64,000 nucleotides of DNA, taken from assembly GCA_012295275.1 (NCBI GenBank), contig CM022668.1:2976001-3040000 (forward strand), given 5' to 3'. The notes under the pieces were generated by a model. That model was not told the origin of the DNA, did not search any database, and worked only from the letters and a program-made list of their open reading frames with translations. The stretch comes from Chrysomallon squamiferum. Its lineage: Eukaryota > Animalia > Mollusca. The position numbers and the translations under genes are program-made. Positions within the stretch are counted from its first letter, which is position 1, and every line of letters starts with the position of its first letter. Positions 43,236 through 58,949 of the stretch are shown piece by piece.

Positions 43236-44987
43236 CCTGTATCTTATTCTCTGTTTAACAAGTTATTTTTGATGTCGTCGTTGTTGTTGATGGTTGTTGT
43301 TGTGAATTTGATCTTGCTCTAATTGCTATTTTTATTAACTTTTTTTTTCTTAAATTATTATTGAAAATACAGGTAATCTAGAATATATAATGAGCATGAA
43401 CAAAATGCATGTACTATGTCTCTTCTTTTATTTGGTATCTTTCTTTCTTTTCTTTCTTTCTTTCTTTCTTTCTTTCTCTCTGTCTATCTATATATCTTAT
43501 TCTCTCTTTAACACGTTCAAAACAGACAGACAAACGCACATAAATACACATAAACCGAAAAGTGCTACAAATAAGAAACAATCCTGAATTCAGAAACAGT
43601 TTAGTATTTCTCACAGACAGACAGACGTAAACAGATGACTAGACAGATTACGAACGGACACACAGACAATAATAAAAGGTAAAAATTGATGAGAAAATGA
43701 AAGAAGAAAGACAAAAAAGACAGAAATCATGGACAAGATGAAAGTTAACTTTACAGGTAAAAGCGTTAATAAGAATTAATTTACGTGAAGTGTTATCTTA
43801 CCTGACAAAGGTGGGGTTTTAATGACAACTTAACAGAAACGTTCAAGTGATTCATCAACTCGTCAGTTACCTGATGTCGTTCCTCGTTTGACTGACGTCG
43901 CGTGAAATAACGAATACTTCATTAGCCACGTGTACTGTTAACTTTCATTGCCAAAGGAAAAATAAATTCTACAACATCATTAGTCTAATTTTTTTATCAT
44001 GACGTGGCTAACGTAGAATAATTTACTTCTTATCAGTCAATTTCTCACACAGTCGTATTCAATATCTCTTCTTTCACCAGTCACTGTACATGTTTTATCT
44101 TTGCGATCTTCAGAAAACTTATCAGCAATACAAGAGCATTACAGGACATAAGAGTTTTGCTATCAGTGTTTATAGTTTTGCTGTCGCCGTACGTTTGATG
44201 TAGGATAACACACAACAATAAAAACTGACGTCTTTTAACTTTCTTTAAATCAGAAACGCTGGCAAAAGTACTTAAACATAAAATAATCATAATAACAACA
44301 GTGCTATTATAATTATTACCATTACTATCATCATTATCATCATTATTGTAATAATCGTTATTATTGTTACTGTTGTTGTTGTTGTTGTTGTTGTTGATAT
44401 TGAAAATCAAAATGTATTCATCGTCGGCATTTCTGTTGTTGTTGTCAGTTTTTTTGTTTTGAAAGTGGAATGTGAATAAATAAATAAATGATGATGATGA
44501 TAATAATAATAATAATAATAACGATAATACTACTACTAATAATAGTAATAATAATAATAAAATATTAATAAATATATAAATAATAAAATTAAAATAACAA
44601 ACAATAATAAAATAATTTAAAGGTGGGCTGTTGCGACAAAATAATTTTCAATTTTATTTTACTTTTATTACAGTATCACGGATACAGTTTAGTGTACTTT
44701 TCCTGTAATAAAAATAATATAGTTTAACTGTATCATAAAACATTGCATACGTGACAAGTAGGTTGTCTGCAGTACAGAATATCTCAACATTCAAACACAC
44801 CTTATGTCAGTGTTAAATTCTTACAACTGTAATAATAATCATAGTTATTATTGTTATTGTTATTGTGTTATTATTGATGTTATGGTTATTATTACAATTA
44901 CTATGATTCTTCTTCTATTTCTTTTTCTTCTTCTTCTTCTTATTATTATTATTTATTGTTTATTATTATTATTAGTATTATTATTAA

Positions 44988-45027
<40 letters not shown>

Positions 45028-45777
45028 GTATTATTATTATTAATTTCCTCCAAATGAAAATAAAATAAAAGGAAATAAACTACCAGTGACATAACTATTG
45101 TCAAATAGCCACGCTGAACGTAATTTAACCCGGTGTCGGACAATAATGGTTTCCCCCAATATTTCCCCAGGGGGCATAAATATTCACTGAATAAAATTTT
45201 CTTTTACACTGATATAGAAAGTTGATATGAAGTCAATAGCAGCTCGTTCATGTTTTTGTATCTTTTCATTTTTTTTTTTTTTTTTTTAAAAACAAAAATC
45301 CATTAACTTACATCTAATATAATCAGGTTTTATCAAGAATATTCTTATGTTTAATTTTAATTTATTTATTTACTTATTTATTTATTTTTGTTTTTATTTT
45401 TTAAAATTCTATATATATTGCACGTTACAGATTTACGAGGTTTTTTTTTAATTGTCCCTGAAAGCTGTTGTCAACATACACGATGTCAGAACCGGCTGAA
45501 AATGTCAGACAGTCAAAGGAAATGAAACAAATTTAGTTACACAAACAGTATGGCAACATCTCGTGTACTTTCAGAGATATATTAAGGCATAGTTGAGATC
45601 AGTTACATATAAAAACAAATAAATAAATTAAATAAATTAGTGCTTCCAAAAACCAGTATCCACAGTAAGAAATACATAAATATTATTTCATAAACACGTC
45701 TCTATAATTGAAATGAAAATAATTTACCCTGGTGATTCAGAGTTGAAATTCCTGCTCCGTAGCAAATATTTATGTGA

Positions 45778-45851
45778 TCACGTGCATGCTAGTAAAGCTG
45801 CAATCTACTTCCGATCCCGTCTAAGGTTAGCGACTATCTATATCACGTGAC
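45778..45851. promoter_or_regulatory. Paired CACGTG E-boxes upstream of paralogue B
   Basis: TCACGTG at 45778-45784 and TCACGTGAC at 45843-45851, homologous to the A element. Confidence 0.45.
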
Positions 45852-46461
45852 TGAAATGGCATGTTCCTATTGGCTTGACAGTTCTATTTAGTAATGAAAA
45901 TCATTGAGGTTGAGGTTATATTTCAAGTTGGCTGAAAAATCGATAATTAATCGATAATTTAAAAAACATTATTGCTCAGTTTCGATTCAACAGGTTTTTT
46001 GGGGGGTGTTGTTTGTTTTTGTTGTTGTTGTTGTTGTTTTTAGTAATTTAAGAGATACAGCGAAAATAATTTTTAAATGATCGTAAAAATAACAACCGCT
46101 AATCCGATTTAAAAAAAATATAAATCATTTTTATCCATTTATCATCCTGTTATCTCCTAACTTTAAAAACTAGAAAAATAAAAATAAAACAAACATAATA
46201 AAATAAAACAGTTACTTTGGTGATATCCTATCAAACTGAAATACAACAACTTAGCTGATATCCTATCAAACTGAAATACTTTAACCTTGTTCGTACGCTC
46301 CATTACATTCAAAACTTATCAGAAAATCAATAAAAAAGAGATAACGAACGATAACAGCTGTGCGTTCAATATTGCACACTGTCACAGCTGTCACAGAAAC
46401 AGACTGATACAATACTTGTTTAGATTTTAGAAAGTGTAGCCAATCAGCAAGTTATTGTTAG

Positions 46462-46570
<109 letters not shown>

Positions 46571-47586
46571 TTCATATATATGTGTGTATGTATATATGTG
46601 TATGTATGTATATGTGTGTGTATGTGTGTTTATGTGCGTGTGTATATGTGTATGTATGTATGTACATATATATATGTGTGTGTGGATGTGTGTGTGCATA
46701 TATATATGTGTGTGTGTATGTGTATTTGTGTATGTGTGTGTATATATATATACTGTTATAGAGTAAAATTTAGTATAAATAATAAACACAATAAAACAGT
46801 CATTACACTTAAACATCAAACCAGCTGAGACAAATGAACATTAATTGAAACCTAGCAACGTGAGAATTAACAGAAACAGACAATTTATAATCAGGTAAGT
46901 AATGTGATAATAGAAAACATCTGGAATATCAAGTATAAGTAGACATAAATAAACACTGGGTGAAAGCTGGCCAATGTGACAGCTTCTGGAAACAGGCAAT
47001 TTGTAGTCCGATCTACAAAAACGATAAAAAAAATTCAACACGTAAGACAAATTTCAGAAGCTTCATAAATTACTGGGGCATAAAGAAATAAAAGCTGTCA
47101 GACATAGAACAATGAAATATGAACTTTAGGGACAACCGATTATAAATAGCGTAGTAAAAGACTGAAAAGGGTAGATGAAAAAATCAGTCTACGCTGAAAA
47201 ATAATTCCTCACTGATGTTGTTTTGCTAAAGGTCAATCAGTATCTGATTCTTTGGCTATATGCCGCACAAAATTGGATAAAAACAAAATTAGAAACAGAT
47301 GACATGTATTTGATCGACTTATTTATTAAACTGTTGTATCTTCCTTTAGAGAGCACGCAAAGACCTCACTGCTATAAAATATAACGATGAGGATTTTATA
47401 TGTTGTTGTTGCCGTTGTTGATGATGATGTTGTTCTTATATATAGTTTTCTTTATAGATGGTCATTTCCTTGTTACAAAAATGATTTTTATTTATATATT
47501 TTAATAAATGTTGTAAAATTGATCATTATTTATTTTTTATTTCTTATTTTTCATTATTTTTCACTTTTATATATTTTTTATATTTT

Positions 47587-47623
<37 letters not shown>

Positions 47624-47958
47624 GGGGGTCATTCAGTATTTGGACAACGGAAAAACAGTAAGTAATTTAACCAGATTGCTGTTTGTTATTCAGAAAAAAT
47701 AACTATTTTCATCTGAATATGTTTTCAATAGGCTCTATTAAGTAGTGTATTTTTTATATATATATTTTTTTTATCTATTATTATTAAAAAAATATAATTT
47801 TTAAAAGATTGCCAGACACAAAATAAGTTTTAAAACTGAAACTGACAGTTAAACCTTAATCTTGAAAACTTAACTTTATACATTTTTTTTCTATACCGAT
47901 ATCAGAAGAAATTTACCATGATTTTATTTTATTTTTTCATATATTTACCGAGTTGATG

Positions 47959-48033
<75 letters not shown>

Positions 48034-48169
48034 AAACTTTACTGATATATAACTTACATGATTATTAATTTTGTATTCATCAGCTTTAGCAAAGTGAAAG
48101 AGTGTTTTAAAATTACCTTTTATTTATTTAAAAAAAATGTATACATTATTTATTTATTTATCTTTTTTG

Positions 48170-48210
<41 letters not shown>

Positions 48211-49682
48211 TTATTATTAAATATGTTAATAAATATGTAACAAAAATAAACTTAACAAATCTGGTAACAGACAACGTAACTATTAACACTAAGAAGGAAG
48301 AGGTAGAAGTTTGTCATTGCGTCTCTCTCTTTCTACTTGTCCAATACGATAAAAAGAAAATTAAAAACATAACAATAAAATAATAAAATAAAATATCTTC
48401 TAAAAATGTTTATCAAATATTTATAAAATAAACTTATCAAAAATGAATTTCTGTAAATATATTATGATATTCGTCTGAATGGAATTATTACCGCTACCCG
48501 TAAAACTGTCGCTATTACCCGACTGCTTCGTTTTATGAAGGTAAAGGCGGTGGCCTGCATGTACTTAACACAGAATAGACCAATAAAACACTAGCCTGTT
48601 TACTTATGCATGAGTTATAAAGATAAAAAGCAAACAAAAACAAAAAAAACAAAAACAAAAAAAAAGGAAAAAAAAAGAAAAAAAATAAAACAAAAATGTC
48701 ACGAATTGCTTGAGATAAAAAATAAAATAAAATAAAATAAAAATAAAATATGCGTCACAATTATGAATGTATAGTTTCTGTTCCCTAACTGCGTGTTTAA
48801 TATTTTCTGAGTCCGAGCTTTAAAGGGAATATCAAAGAAAGATTGGAAAATGAAACAAAACATAAATTATCAAATATAAAACACAAGCGTCCAGGCTTTG
48901 TAACAGAGGCAGTTTATTTACTTTACGTCGTGCAGGTGTATACAGCTTTATATTTCACATGTAAATAATCATAAGCGAAGCATAAACACGTGTTTGTGTA
49001 TTTGGAACATGGACAATTATACTTGCTGCGACTTTAAACGTGATGTATATATTACAATAATTTCCATGGTTACGAAGCTGTTTTATATTCTGAACAGACG
49101 GTAATTATCTTAATTTAAAAACGGACCATCTTAACCATTAGCAAATGTTTTATGTTTGTTTCAAACAGAATACACGAATGTACAAATACAGTCGAGACAC
49201 TAAAATAAAATTAGATATGTTTTCAGTGTTATCCATATTACACATACATTTTCTCTGTGATCGTTCAGTTTCACAAAACCTTCCTTGTCCAGTGAGTTAT
49301 CATTTTGTTGAATCACGAAATCTTGTGAAAGGAGATGACTAACAAATAGGTAACGATATCCTCAGATAAGACTACAGACACAAAGTATCTGTCAAATATC
49401 TTAAAATATTAAACTGTTTTAAATTGGTCCACAAATAATAGAAAAAAAAAAAAAATGATGACAATGCTTTATCTTTCATAAGTCCTGAAGAAGACACAAA
49501 AACTAGATTGGGTTTTTATACGCACTTCTTTAAGATCTGAGATTTAATAAGGATACGCATTTTGCCTGTCATACCTGTTCGCGCTAAACTAAACAACAGT
49601 TTATGCTGTCAAATAAATATATTTATTTATTTGTTTATTTTGTGTTATCTTACTATTATTATTATTATTATTATTGTTATTA

Positions 49683-49719
<37 letters not shown>

Positions 49720-51167
49720 GATTACTATTATGTTAATAAATATGTAACAGAAGTTAACAAATCTGGTAACAGACAACGTAACTATTAACACTAAGAAGGA
49801 AGAGGTAGAAGTTTGTCACTGCATCTCTCTCTTTCTACTTGTCCAATACGATAAAAAGAAAATTTAAACAAAAGAATATTTTCTAAAAATGCTTATAAAA
49901 TAAACTTATTACAAATAAATTTTAAAATATCGATACTGAGTTCCATAAATATCTTCTGATATCCGTCTAAATTGTAATTATTATCGATACCCGTAAAAAT
50001 GTCACTATTACCCGACTGCATCGTTTTCATGAAGGTAAAATCGGTTAACTGTTCGTACTCCGCACAAAGTTGGCCAAGGATTCAACACTGGTATGTTTAT
50101 TTACGCATGAGCTACAGCTCTAAAAAGCATAGCAAAGAAGAACAAAAACAAAATTATAAAAATATGTCACGACTTTGCTGCGATTACGTCAGATCAGCTT
50201 TCAGTTATGAACATGTCTTTGATATTCTGTAAAGAAAAAATTAACGTGTGCTGTTATTTCTTCATTTCAGAGGAATTATCACGTGACTCTGTTCCGTGCT
50301 CTGGCAGCGAATTTGTCATTTTCGGATTCTGAGTTTTGAAGGGAACCAAAACGAAAGATTGGGAAAGAAGAAATAATACATGCTGCCAGCCTATATGTGA
50401 TGCATGTTTACAACAATTTTCAAGATTAGAATTTTGTTTTGTATTCTGCATAGACGGTAATTGTGTTAATTAAAAAACAGACGATCTTAACCAATAGCAA
50501 TTTTTTTAGGTTTGTTTCAAATAATACACACGAATGTACAAATACAGTGGTGATATTAAAATAGAATTAGATATGTTTTCAGTGTTATCCAAATTACACA
50601 TACATTTTCTCATGGCTACAAAGCTATTTTGTATTCTGAACAGAAGGTAATAATGTTAATTTAAAAACAGACGATCTTAACCAACAGGAATTTGTTTTTG
50701 TTTCAAATAAAACACACGAATGTACAAATGCAGTGGAGATATTAAAATAAAATGAAAATCATTTTCAGTGTTATCCAAATTACTCATACATTTTTCTCTG
50801 TGATCGTTCAGTTTCAGTCCTTCCTTGTCCACTGAGTTACTGTTTTGTTGAAACACTAAATCTTGTGATAAGAGATGAATAACAAATAGGTAATGATATC
50901 ATCAGATAATACCCTAAACAAAAAGATTTCTTAAAATATTAAATTTTGTAGAACTGGTCCACAAATAATGGAGAAAAAAAAATGATGACAATGCTTTATC
51001 TTTCATAAGTCCTGAAAAAGTCACAAAAACTAGACTGGCTTTTTAGACACACCTGTAAGATCTCGGATTTAATCAGGATACGCACTTTGCCGGACATACT
51101 GGCTCGGCCTTAACTAAACAAAAGTTTATGCTGACAAATAAATATATTTATTTATTTGTTTATTTTG

Positions 51168-51234
<67 letters not shown>

Positions 51235-54052
51235 GTTATTATGATGATGATGATGATGATGATGATTTTCCTCTTATTAAATATGTAACAGAAGTTAACA
51301 AATCTGGTAACAGACAACGTAACTATTAACACTAAGAAGGAAGAGGTAGAAGTTTGTCATTGCGTCTCTCTCTTTCTACTTGTCCAATACGATAAAAAGA
51401 ACATTTTAAAAAATCATTTTCTAAAAATGCTTATAAAATATTTATGAAAATAAACTTATTAAAAATTTAAAATATATACCTATTCTCACATTAAAAATAC
51501 ATTATGATATCCGTCTGAATCCGCACGAGGTACGCCAAGAAACCAACACTGGTAATTTTGTTTACGCATGAACTAAAGTGCTAAAACAGCAAACTAAAGA
51601 AAAAACAGCAAAAATTTAAAAAATGTCACGAGTTTGTTGCGATGACCTCAGAACAGATTTTTACCTGTGATATTTATTGCCTTCTCAGTGATTCTTCTCT
51701 TGTCTCTCAGGTCAATACGCCCTTTGATAAAAAATAAATAAATAAATAAAAAATGAAAATAAGTAAAAAGGCGTTATCCATATTTATGAATGTGTCTTTG
51801 GTTATTGTGTAAAGAAAAACTGAATCTATGTTGTTATTTCATCATCTCAGAGGTGACTCCTGTTTGGCTCTGTGTAGTTTCTGTCCCGTGCTCTGGCAAC
51901 GAGTTTGTCATTTTCTGACTCTGAAGGGAACAAAAAAGAAAGATTGGAAAAGGAAACAAAATATAAAAGATAAAAAAAGGATAAAAAATACAATACAAAA
52001 TGCAGGCTTTGTAACAATAAGAGTTTGTTTAGTTTACATCGTTCAAGTGTATACAGCTTTATATTTCACATGTAAATAATCATCAGCTAATTATAAACAC
52101 GTGTTTGTGTATTTAGAGCATGAACAATTATACATTCTGCGAGTTTAAACGTGATGCATGTATTACAATGTATTTCCATGGGTACAAAGCTATTTTGTAT
52201 TCTGAACAGAAGGTAATAATGTTAATTTCAAAACAGACGATCTTAACCAACAGGAATTTGTTTTTGTTTCAAGTAAAACACACGAAATTGCAAATACAGT
52301 GGAGATATTAAAATAAGATGAAATTCTTTTTTTGTGTTATTCAAATTACACATACATTTTCTCTGTGATCGTTCAGTTTCACAAAACTTTCTTTTGTTCA
52401 CTGAGTTATTGTTTTGTTGAAACACAAAATCTTCTGATAAGAGATGAATAACAAATAGGTAATGATATCCTCAGATAATACTGTAAACACAAAGTATCTT
52501 TTAAATATCTTAAAATATTAAATTTTGTTGAACTGGTCAACAATTTGTCTATTTCAGAGATCTGACTTGTTAACTCGTTTTATAAATATTACATGATTAC
52601 CTACTCGCTAATAAATAATAATGAGTTTGCTGCTGTTAGTAAGTTGTCGTTCCCTGTTAGATCTGTGATGTTTGTACATAACTCTTTGTTACAGTGTCAT
52701 TTCTTCTACCAGAATTCAGATTAAATTTCAGTTTTCTTTTTAATTAGTTTAGATATTGCTGGTGTAATTTCGGTCCAGCGGATTTGATTAAACTCGTTTT
52801 AGGTGATTGCCTGTACTATGTTTGTCTCTGAAAATCTACTCTCACTGGACTTGGACAGGTTTTGTGTTTTGATTCTTATGTTACCTCTGTTTGTTTCTAA
52901 ATCACAATTCGCCGATGTGTTTAATAACTGACAGATTGTTTTGCTTCGCTGATTGTGACCTATAAACTGAAGTGAGAGTGCCTAAGGCTCGAGGCTTGTA
53001 AATTATACAATATTCTATTTGTTCCAGTGATCTATACCAGATTGTTACGGTTGATAGGTTTTACGATATATGTACACACCGGGTATGAATTTAGAAATGT
53101 AAGTTAATACATATAGGCTACTCAAACGAAGAATTATGACAGACAAGTCTGGTGTACAGTTTAAGAAATTCGTGTAAACAGACACTACAGACAAAACATG
53201 TGAACTCGTACGAGAAGCTGAGAGGACGCGGTGTAAAAGCGAGGCAACAATCAGCAGATGTGACATCACAGCTTTACGCGGTCCTTCCGATTAAATGAAA
53301 AACCTCACAAAAGCGAGCTATAATGTTGCTAGCAGATTTTTTTTTTTTTTTCAGATACGATAATTATGTCTTCGTTAGAGCACAAACTTGTAGGTCAGAA
53401 TTAGCGAAACGATCAGTCAAAATGATTAAATACAGAGACGAAAAGGAAGAGGGATAACTCTGAAAAAGAATTTCGTTGTATTTTAATATCTCCACTGTAT
53501 TTGCACATTCGTGTGTTTTATTTGAAACAAACAAAAAACATTCCTGTTGGTTAAGATCGCGAGTTTATCTGATGATATCGTTACCTATTTGTTATTCATC
53601 TCTTATCACATGATTTCGGGTTTCAACAAAACGATAATTCACTGAACGATCACAGAGAAAATGTATGTGTAATTTGGATAACACTGAAAATGAATTTCAT
53701 TTTATTTTAATATCTCCACTGTATTTGCACATTCGTGTGTTTTATCTGAAACAAACATAAAAGATTTGCTAATGGTTAAGATCGTCCGTTTTTAAATCAA
53801 CATAATTACCGTCTGTTCAGAATACAAAATAGCTTTGTTACCATGGAAATTATTGTAATACATGCATCACGTTTAACGTCGCAGCAAGTATAATTGTCCA
53901 TGCTCTCAATACACATGCACGTGTTTAAGCTTCCTGATGATTATCTACATGTGAATTATAAAGCTGTATACACCTGCACGACGTATAGTAAACAAACTGC
54001 TACTGACACAAAGCCTGGACATTATTTCGGATGGCACCATGTATAATTCTCT

Positions 54053-54091
<39 letters not shown>

Positions 54092-54600
54092 CTTTTTGAC
54101 AAGCAAGAGAAGAATCATTGAGTGGACAAAACATATCATAGTTAAAAATTTGTTCTGACGTCATCGCAATAAATTCCTGACCTTTTTTCTTTTGTTTGCT
54201 TTCTAGCTCTTTAGTTCATGCGTCAACTGATATTCCAGTCTTGACTTCTTGGCCTACTCTGTACGGTTTACAGCCTCGAGTTCAACATCGTGTAAAAACA
54301 AGACGCAGCCGGGTAATACTGAGTTTTACGGGTGTCTGTAATAATTACAAAACACACGGACTTCATAATATATTCATATAAGTGAGTATAGATATTTTAC
54401 AATTTATTTCTAATGAATTCTTTTGTAAAAATTTCATAAGCATTTTTAGAAAATGTATTCTTTTTAAATTTTCTTTTTATCGTACTGGACAAGTAGAAAC
54501 AGAGAGATGCAATGACAAATTTCTACCTTTTCCTTCTTAGTGTTAATAGTTACGTAGTCTGTTATCAGATTTGTTTATTTTTGATACATATTTATTAACA

Positions 54601-54638
<38 letters not shown>

Positions 54639-54818
54639 TTTACACAAAATAAATAAATACATAGATTTTTTTTTAAATAAATAAAAGGTAATTTTAAAAT
54701 AAAAATTAAAAAAATTAAATCGAGATTAGTATTTACAAACGTTAAATTTCTCGAAATCTTTTTTTTTTCTTGTTCTACGTATTTAAAATTTCTTTAATAT
54801 ATTTACTTCTCAAAACAC

Positions 54819-54920
<102 letters not shown>

Positions 54921-55403
54921 AAATCAAATCGTTAAATGTATTTTTAAAAAAATTAAAAAAATTATTGTAAATTTATTTTCGGTATAGAGAAAGTATAAAT
55001 GTTTTAGCAGTATACTTCGTGCGTAAATAAACATACCAGTTTTGAATCCTTGTCCTACTTTGAGCGCAATACGAACACGTAACCGAGTTTACCTTCACGA
55101 AAACGAAGCAATCGGGTAATAGTGAATTGTACGAGTATCGATAATAATTACAATTCAGAGGGACATCATAATATATTTATATACGTCAGTATACATATAT
55201 ACTTTCTTTATTATTTTTAATAAGTTTGTTTTTATAAATATTTTAAAAGCATTATTGGAAAATGTTTTTTATTTATATTTTCATCGTATTGGACAAGTAG
55301 AAAGAGAGAGACGCAATGACAAACTTCTACCTCTTCCTTCTTAGTGTTAATAGTTACGTTGTCTGTTACCAGATTTGTTAACTTCTGTTACATATTTATT
55401 AAC

Positions 55404-55454
<51 letters not shown>

Positions 55455-55632
55455 GTAAAATTACACTAAATAAATAAATAAATATATCATATTATTTTTA
55501 TATATTTTATTATATTTACTTCTCAAAACACTGTTTCACTTCGCTCAAGTTGATAATTTCTTCTTTTTTTTCAATATAATGTGATACTGAATAGGAAATA
55601 CACAAACAAATAATTTAAATATCAGTAAAGTT

Positions 55633-55755
<123 letters not shown>

Positions 55756-56631
55756 GCATCAAGTCGTTAAATATATAAAAACAAAAATGATGGTAAATTT
55801 CTTTTGATATCGATATAGAAAAAGTGTGAATTGAGATTTTAAGATTAATATTTAACTGTCAGTTTCAGTTTTAAAATTTATTTTGTGTCTGACAATCTTC
55901 TAAAAATGTTAATTTTTTTTAATAATAATAAAAGCCTATTAAAAACATATTCAGATGAAAATAATTAATTTTTCTCAATAACAGACAGCAACCCAGTTAA
56001 ATTACTCTCAGAAGCCAAAACAGGCCTCTCTCGAAACTAGAACCCGAAACCTTCTGGATACGCACATTACAAACAGTCAAAGAATTTAGAATGAATGTTG
56101 AATAGAGCGATTGAAAAGAGAGAGAAAGAAATAATGTTCTCGTTTGATTGTAAGCCTGGTTACGGTACAACTGATGCTGTGTCTGCTGTTCATTACTTGA
56201 GTTCGAAAGTCTCGGGGTGTAAGAAGAAGCTGTATTGTTATTTTAGTACACGAAAGCCTTTGACAGCCTAATCTGTTGTTTAGTTTAGCGCGAACCAGTA
56301 TGACAGGCAAAATGCGTATCCTTATTAAATCTCAGATCTTAAAGAAGTGCGTGTAAAAACTCAATCTAGTTTTTGTGTCTTCTTCAGAACTTATGAAAGA
56401 AACAACTTTAAAAAATGAAATCGAGAATAATATTTGCAAATGTCAAATTTTTCGAAATCATTTTTGGTTTGTTATATGTATTTAAACTTTCTTTAATGAC
56501 TTTTATTTTTACTTCTTAAAACACTGTTTCACTCTGCTAAAGCCGATACATTTATTTCCTTCTTAACAATAATGTAATACTGAATATGAAATAAATAATC
56601 ATAGAATTTATAAATCAATAAAGTTGTTTTT

Positions 56632-56732
<101 letters not shown>

Positions 56733-57048
56733 CATCAAGTCGTTAAATATATAAACACACAATGATGGTAAATTTCTTTTGATATCGTTATTGAAAAAGT
56801 GTAAATTTGAGATTTATAGATTAATATTTAGCTATCAGTTTCAGTCTTGAAATTTATTTTGTGTCTGACAATCTTTTAAAAATGTTAATTTTTTAAATAA
56901 TAATAGAAACAAAATGTAAAAAATATTTAAATTAATAAAACCTATAAAAAAGATATTCGGATGAAAATAAATATTTTTTCTGCATAACAAACAGCAACCC
57001 AGTTAAATTACTTACTGTTTTTCTCATGTACATAAACTGAATTACCAA

Positions 57049-57088
<40 letters not shown>

Positions 57089-58074
57089 AAAAAGTAAAAA
57101 AAAAATAAAAATAAAAATAAAAATGTTACAATATTTATTAAAATATATAAAAAAAAATCATTTTGTAACATAGGAAATGACCATCAGTAAAGAAACCTAT
57201 ATATAAGAACAATATTATCGACAACAAAGGCAACAAGAACCACATATGAAATCCTCATCTATGTATTTTACAGCAGTGAGGTCTTTGTGTGGTTTATAAA
57301 GGCGCATACACTAAGAAATAAGTCGATCAAGGACATGTGATCTGTTTTCAACATTTGTCTTTTCTGTTATTCTCTGGGGAATGCACATAAAGAACAAGAT
57401 ACTGGTTGACCTTGAGAAAACAACGTCAGTGAGGAATTATTTTTCAGTGAGGACTGATTGTTGCAATCTGTAACGTTGAACGCAGAGCTGTTACCGTTGT
57501 TCGCTATCTCTTCTTTATTTTCTTACAAGCTTTGTGTGTAATGGAGCGTATGAACTAGCTTACAGTATTTCAGTTTGATAGGATATAAGATAAGATAAGT
57601 TGTTGTCTTTCAGTTTGATAAGATATCACCAAAGTAATTGTTTTATTTTATTATGTTTGTTTTATTTTATATTTTTTAAAGATAGCAGATAGCAGGATAA
57701 CAAATGGATCAAAATGATTTTTATATTTTTGAAATAGGATCAGCGGTTCTCATTTTTTTGATTTTTCTGAAGCAAGATATTTATGGAACTGAGTATAGAT
57801 ATTTTAAAATTTATTTGTAATAACTTTATTTTATAAGCATTTTTAGAAAAGGTTCTTTCAAAGCAATCGTTAAAAGAGCGAACATAATGTTGGCCGGTTG
57901 TTTTAAGCTCTAAATACAACAGTTTAAACTTCAACACTTTTGAATCAACAGCAGAGAATCCATCTTTTAAAAAAAAATCGATTAACTTCTATAACCGTAA
58001 TGAAATATAACCTCAACCTCATTGTTTTGCATTACTAAATAGAACTGTCAAGTCAAAAGGAACGTGCAATTTCA

Positions 58075-58148
58075 GTCACGTGACATATATAATCGTTCTC
58101 CTTAGACGGGATCGGCAGTAAACTATAGCTTTATTAGCAAGCACGTGA
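58075..58148. promoter_or_regulatory. Paired CACGTG E-boxes upstream of paralogue C
   Basis: GTCACGTGAC at 58075-58084 and CACGTGA at 58142-58148, an inverted homologue of the A/B elements. Confidence 0.45.
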
Positions 58149-58916
58149 TCACATCGATATTTGCTACGGAGCAACAATTTCAACTCTGAATCACCAGTGC
58201 AAATTATTTTCATTTTAATTTTAGAGACGTCTTTATAGAATCATATTTATGTATTTCTTTCTGTGGTTTTGGAAAACACTAATTTATTTATTTTTTTTTC
58301 TTCTTCTAAATTAGGGCTCTCAGCTGTGCCTTAATATATCTCTGAAAGTACACGAGATGTTGCCATACTGTTTGTCTAACTAAATTTGTTTCATCTCCTT
58401 TGATTGTCTGAAAGTTTCAGCCGGCTCTGACATCGTGTATGTTGACAGCCGCTTTCAAGGACAATTAAAAAATGTCATTAGTCAGTAAAAATAAAAATAA
58501 AAATAAAAATAAAATAAAAATAAAACTTAAGAATATTTTTGATAAAACATGCTTATATTAGACGTAAGTTAATGAATGTTTATTATTTTTATAGGGGAAT
58601 CAATAATGGTGGGAAACAAATAATCTCTGACACCGGCTTGAATTACGATCAGCGTGACTCTTTGACAATAGTTTTGACCTATAGTTCGTGTGCAGTGGAT
58701 CGTTACATCTAGGTTTCTGCTCCGTAATTATTTTCTTAAGTAGACGGTTTTTTCCTGTGACATTCAGTTACAGTTTAGTCATTTAGTCTTGGACACGACA
58801 GAAGCTCAACAAAGATCGATAGTCTGAGTAAAGTGAATAGGAAACATTTTGTTAATATAAAATTTCATTATGTCACTGGTAGTTTTCTTTTTAAAATTTT
58901 ATTTCAGTTGGAGGAA

Positions 58917-58949
<33 letters not shown>

